Shown here: positions 63,826-64,000 of the stretch, in pieces | How the letters are laid out: the number at the start of each line of letters is the position of its first letter | Numbering within the stretch: position 1 is the first letter of the stretch | From: Vicugna vicugna | Lineage: Eukaryota | NCBI GenBank assembly: GCA_013265495.1 | Contig: MU058241.1 | Span: forward strand, 310,001-374,000 | DNA length: 64,000 nt | Direction: 5' to 3' | The notes under the pieces: generated by a model | The model's database searches: none | The model's input: only the letters and a program-made list of their open reading frames with translations | Told to the model about the DNA's origin: nothing | Made by a program: the position numbers and the translations under genes

Positions 63826-63872
<47 letters not shown>
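63826..63872. repeat. (TG)23 microsatellite
   Basis: Uninterrupted TG run. Confidence 0.97.
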
Positions 63873-63874
<2 letters not shown>

Positions 63875-64000
63875 TACACCCTAAGTACATAAGCCTTTGT
63901 TATTTTATCTTACAGAAGAGCAAAAATTGTCTTCCTGACTTCTGAAATTAAATACAAAATTTACTACTACTGAAAAGATAAACTCTTTTAGTGACATTAA

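Overview
This is 64 kb of repeat-rich, CpG-poor mammalian genomic DNA, most likely from a camelid (alpaca/llama/camel). That call rests on two tRNA-derived SINEs of the Vic-1 type and camelid-style L1 3' tails, recognised from memory of consensus sequences rather than by a database search. I could not recognise any protein-coding gene. The ORF track is explained by L1 ORF1/ORF2 remnants and chance ORFs. Much of the window is interspersed repeat: L1 of several ages (mostly minus strand, several with target-site duplications, TSDs), L2, MIR, MaLR/ERVL LTRs, one ERV1-like solo LTR and small DNA-transposon relics, often nested. The most unusual feature is two independent ~58-bp non-L1 inserts inside L1 3' ends (2031-2088 and 32204-32262). 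Each is an inverted, ~80% identical copy of unique sequence 0.75-1.2 kb away (3296-3353 and 31401-31457). There is also an ~83-nt fold-back hairpin (52067-52149), several local tandem duplications, and unconfirmed exon candidates on both strands. Repeat subfamily names and the boundaries of old elements are approximate.
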